Source of the DNA: PVC group bacterium | GTDB taxonomy: Bacteria; Auribacterota; Erginobacteria; Erginobacterales; Erginobacteraceae | Length of the DNA stretch: 15,184 bases | NCBI GenBank assembly: GCA_043804695.1 | Contig: JAZDIV010000128.1 | Span: 1-15,184, forward strand | Direction of reading: 5' to 3' | Part shown: piece by piece, positions 15,137-15,184 of the stretch | How positions within the stretch are numbered: the stretch's first letter is position 1 | Layout: the number at the start of each line of letters is the position of its first letter | Position numbers and translations under genes: made by a program | Notes under the pieces: generated by a model | Seen by the model: the letters and a program-made list of their open reading frames with translations, nothing else | Told to the model about the DNA's origin: nothing | The model's database searches: none

Positions 15137-15184
15137 AAACAACAGCCCCCGGCGCTCGCGGCGGGGAGCCATTAGAATCGTGCG

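Overview
Bacterial chromosomal window with two parts. (1) Positions ~1-3250 form a decayed accessory/tRNA region. It holds many short palindromes (REP/MITE-like), a hicBA toxin-antitoxin pair, an internally deleted HAD-hydrolase pseudogene, tRNA-Leu(TAG) and tRNA-Gly(GCC). (2) Positions 3256-15092 are a co-oriented, GC-rich housekeeping run: tig-clpP-clpX-uppS (apparent +1 frameshift in an A8 tract)-cdsA-dxr-rseP-ispG, then an ArnT/PMT-like membrane glycosyltransferase and a Wzx-type flippase. The most unusual signals are non-coding. (a) Three tandem copies of the tRNA-Leu leader and 5' end each carry a perfect 20-bp palindrome (CCTGCCTGCCGGCAGGCAGG) inserted in the D-arm, and one copy has a second, variant palindrome nested inside the first. 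This suggests an ultra-short self-targeting mobile element. (b) A family of small 3-nt-loop hairpins followed by (T/A)AA(T/G)TT sits just before cdsA, dxr, rseP and ispG, two of them next to 6-7-nt tandem repeat arrays. This suggests a dispersed system of ssDNA-hairpin insertion/recombination sites within a core operon. No transposase, integrase or reverse transcriptase is encoded in the window, so any mechanism is inference.
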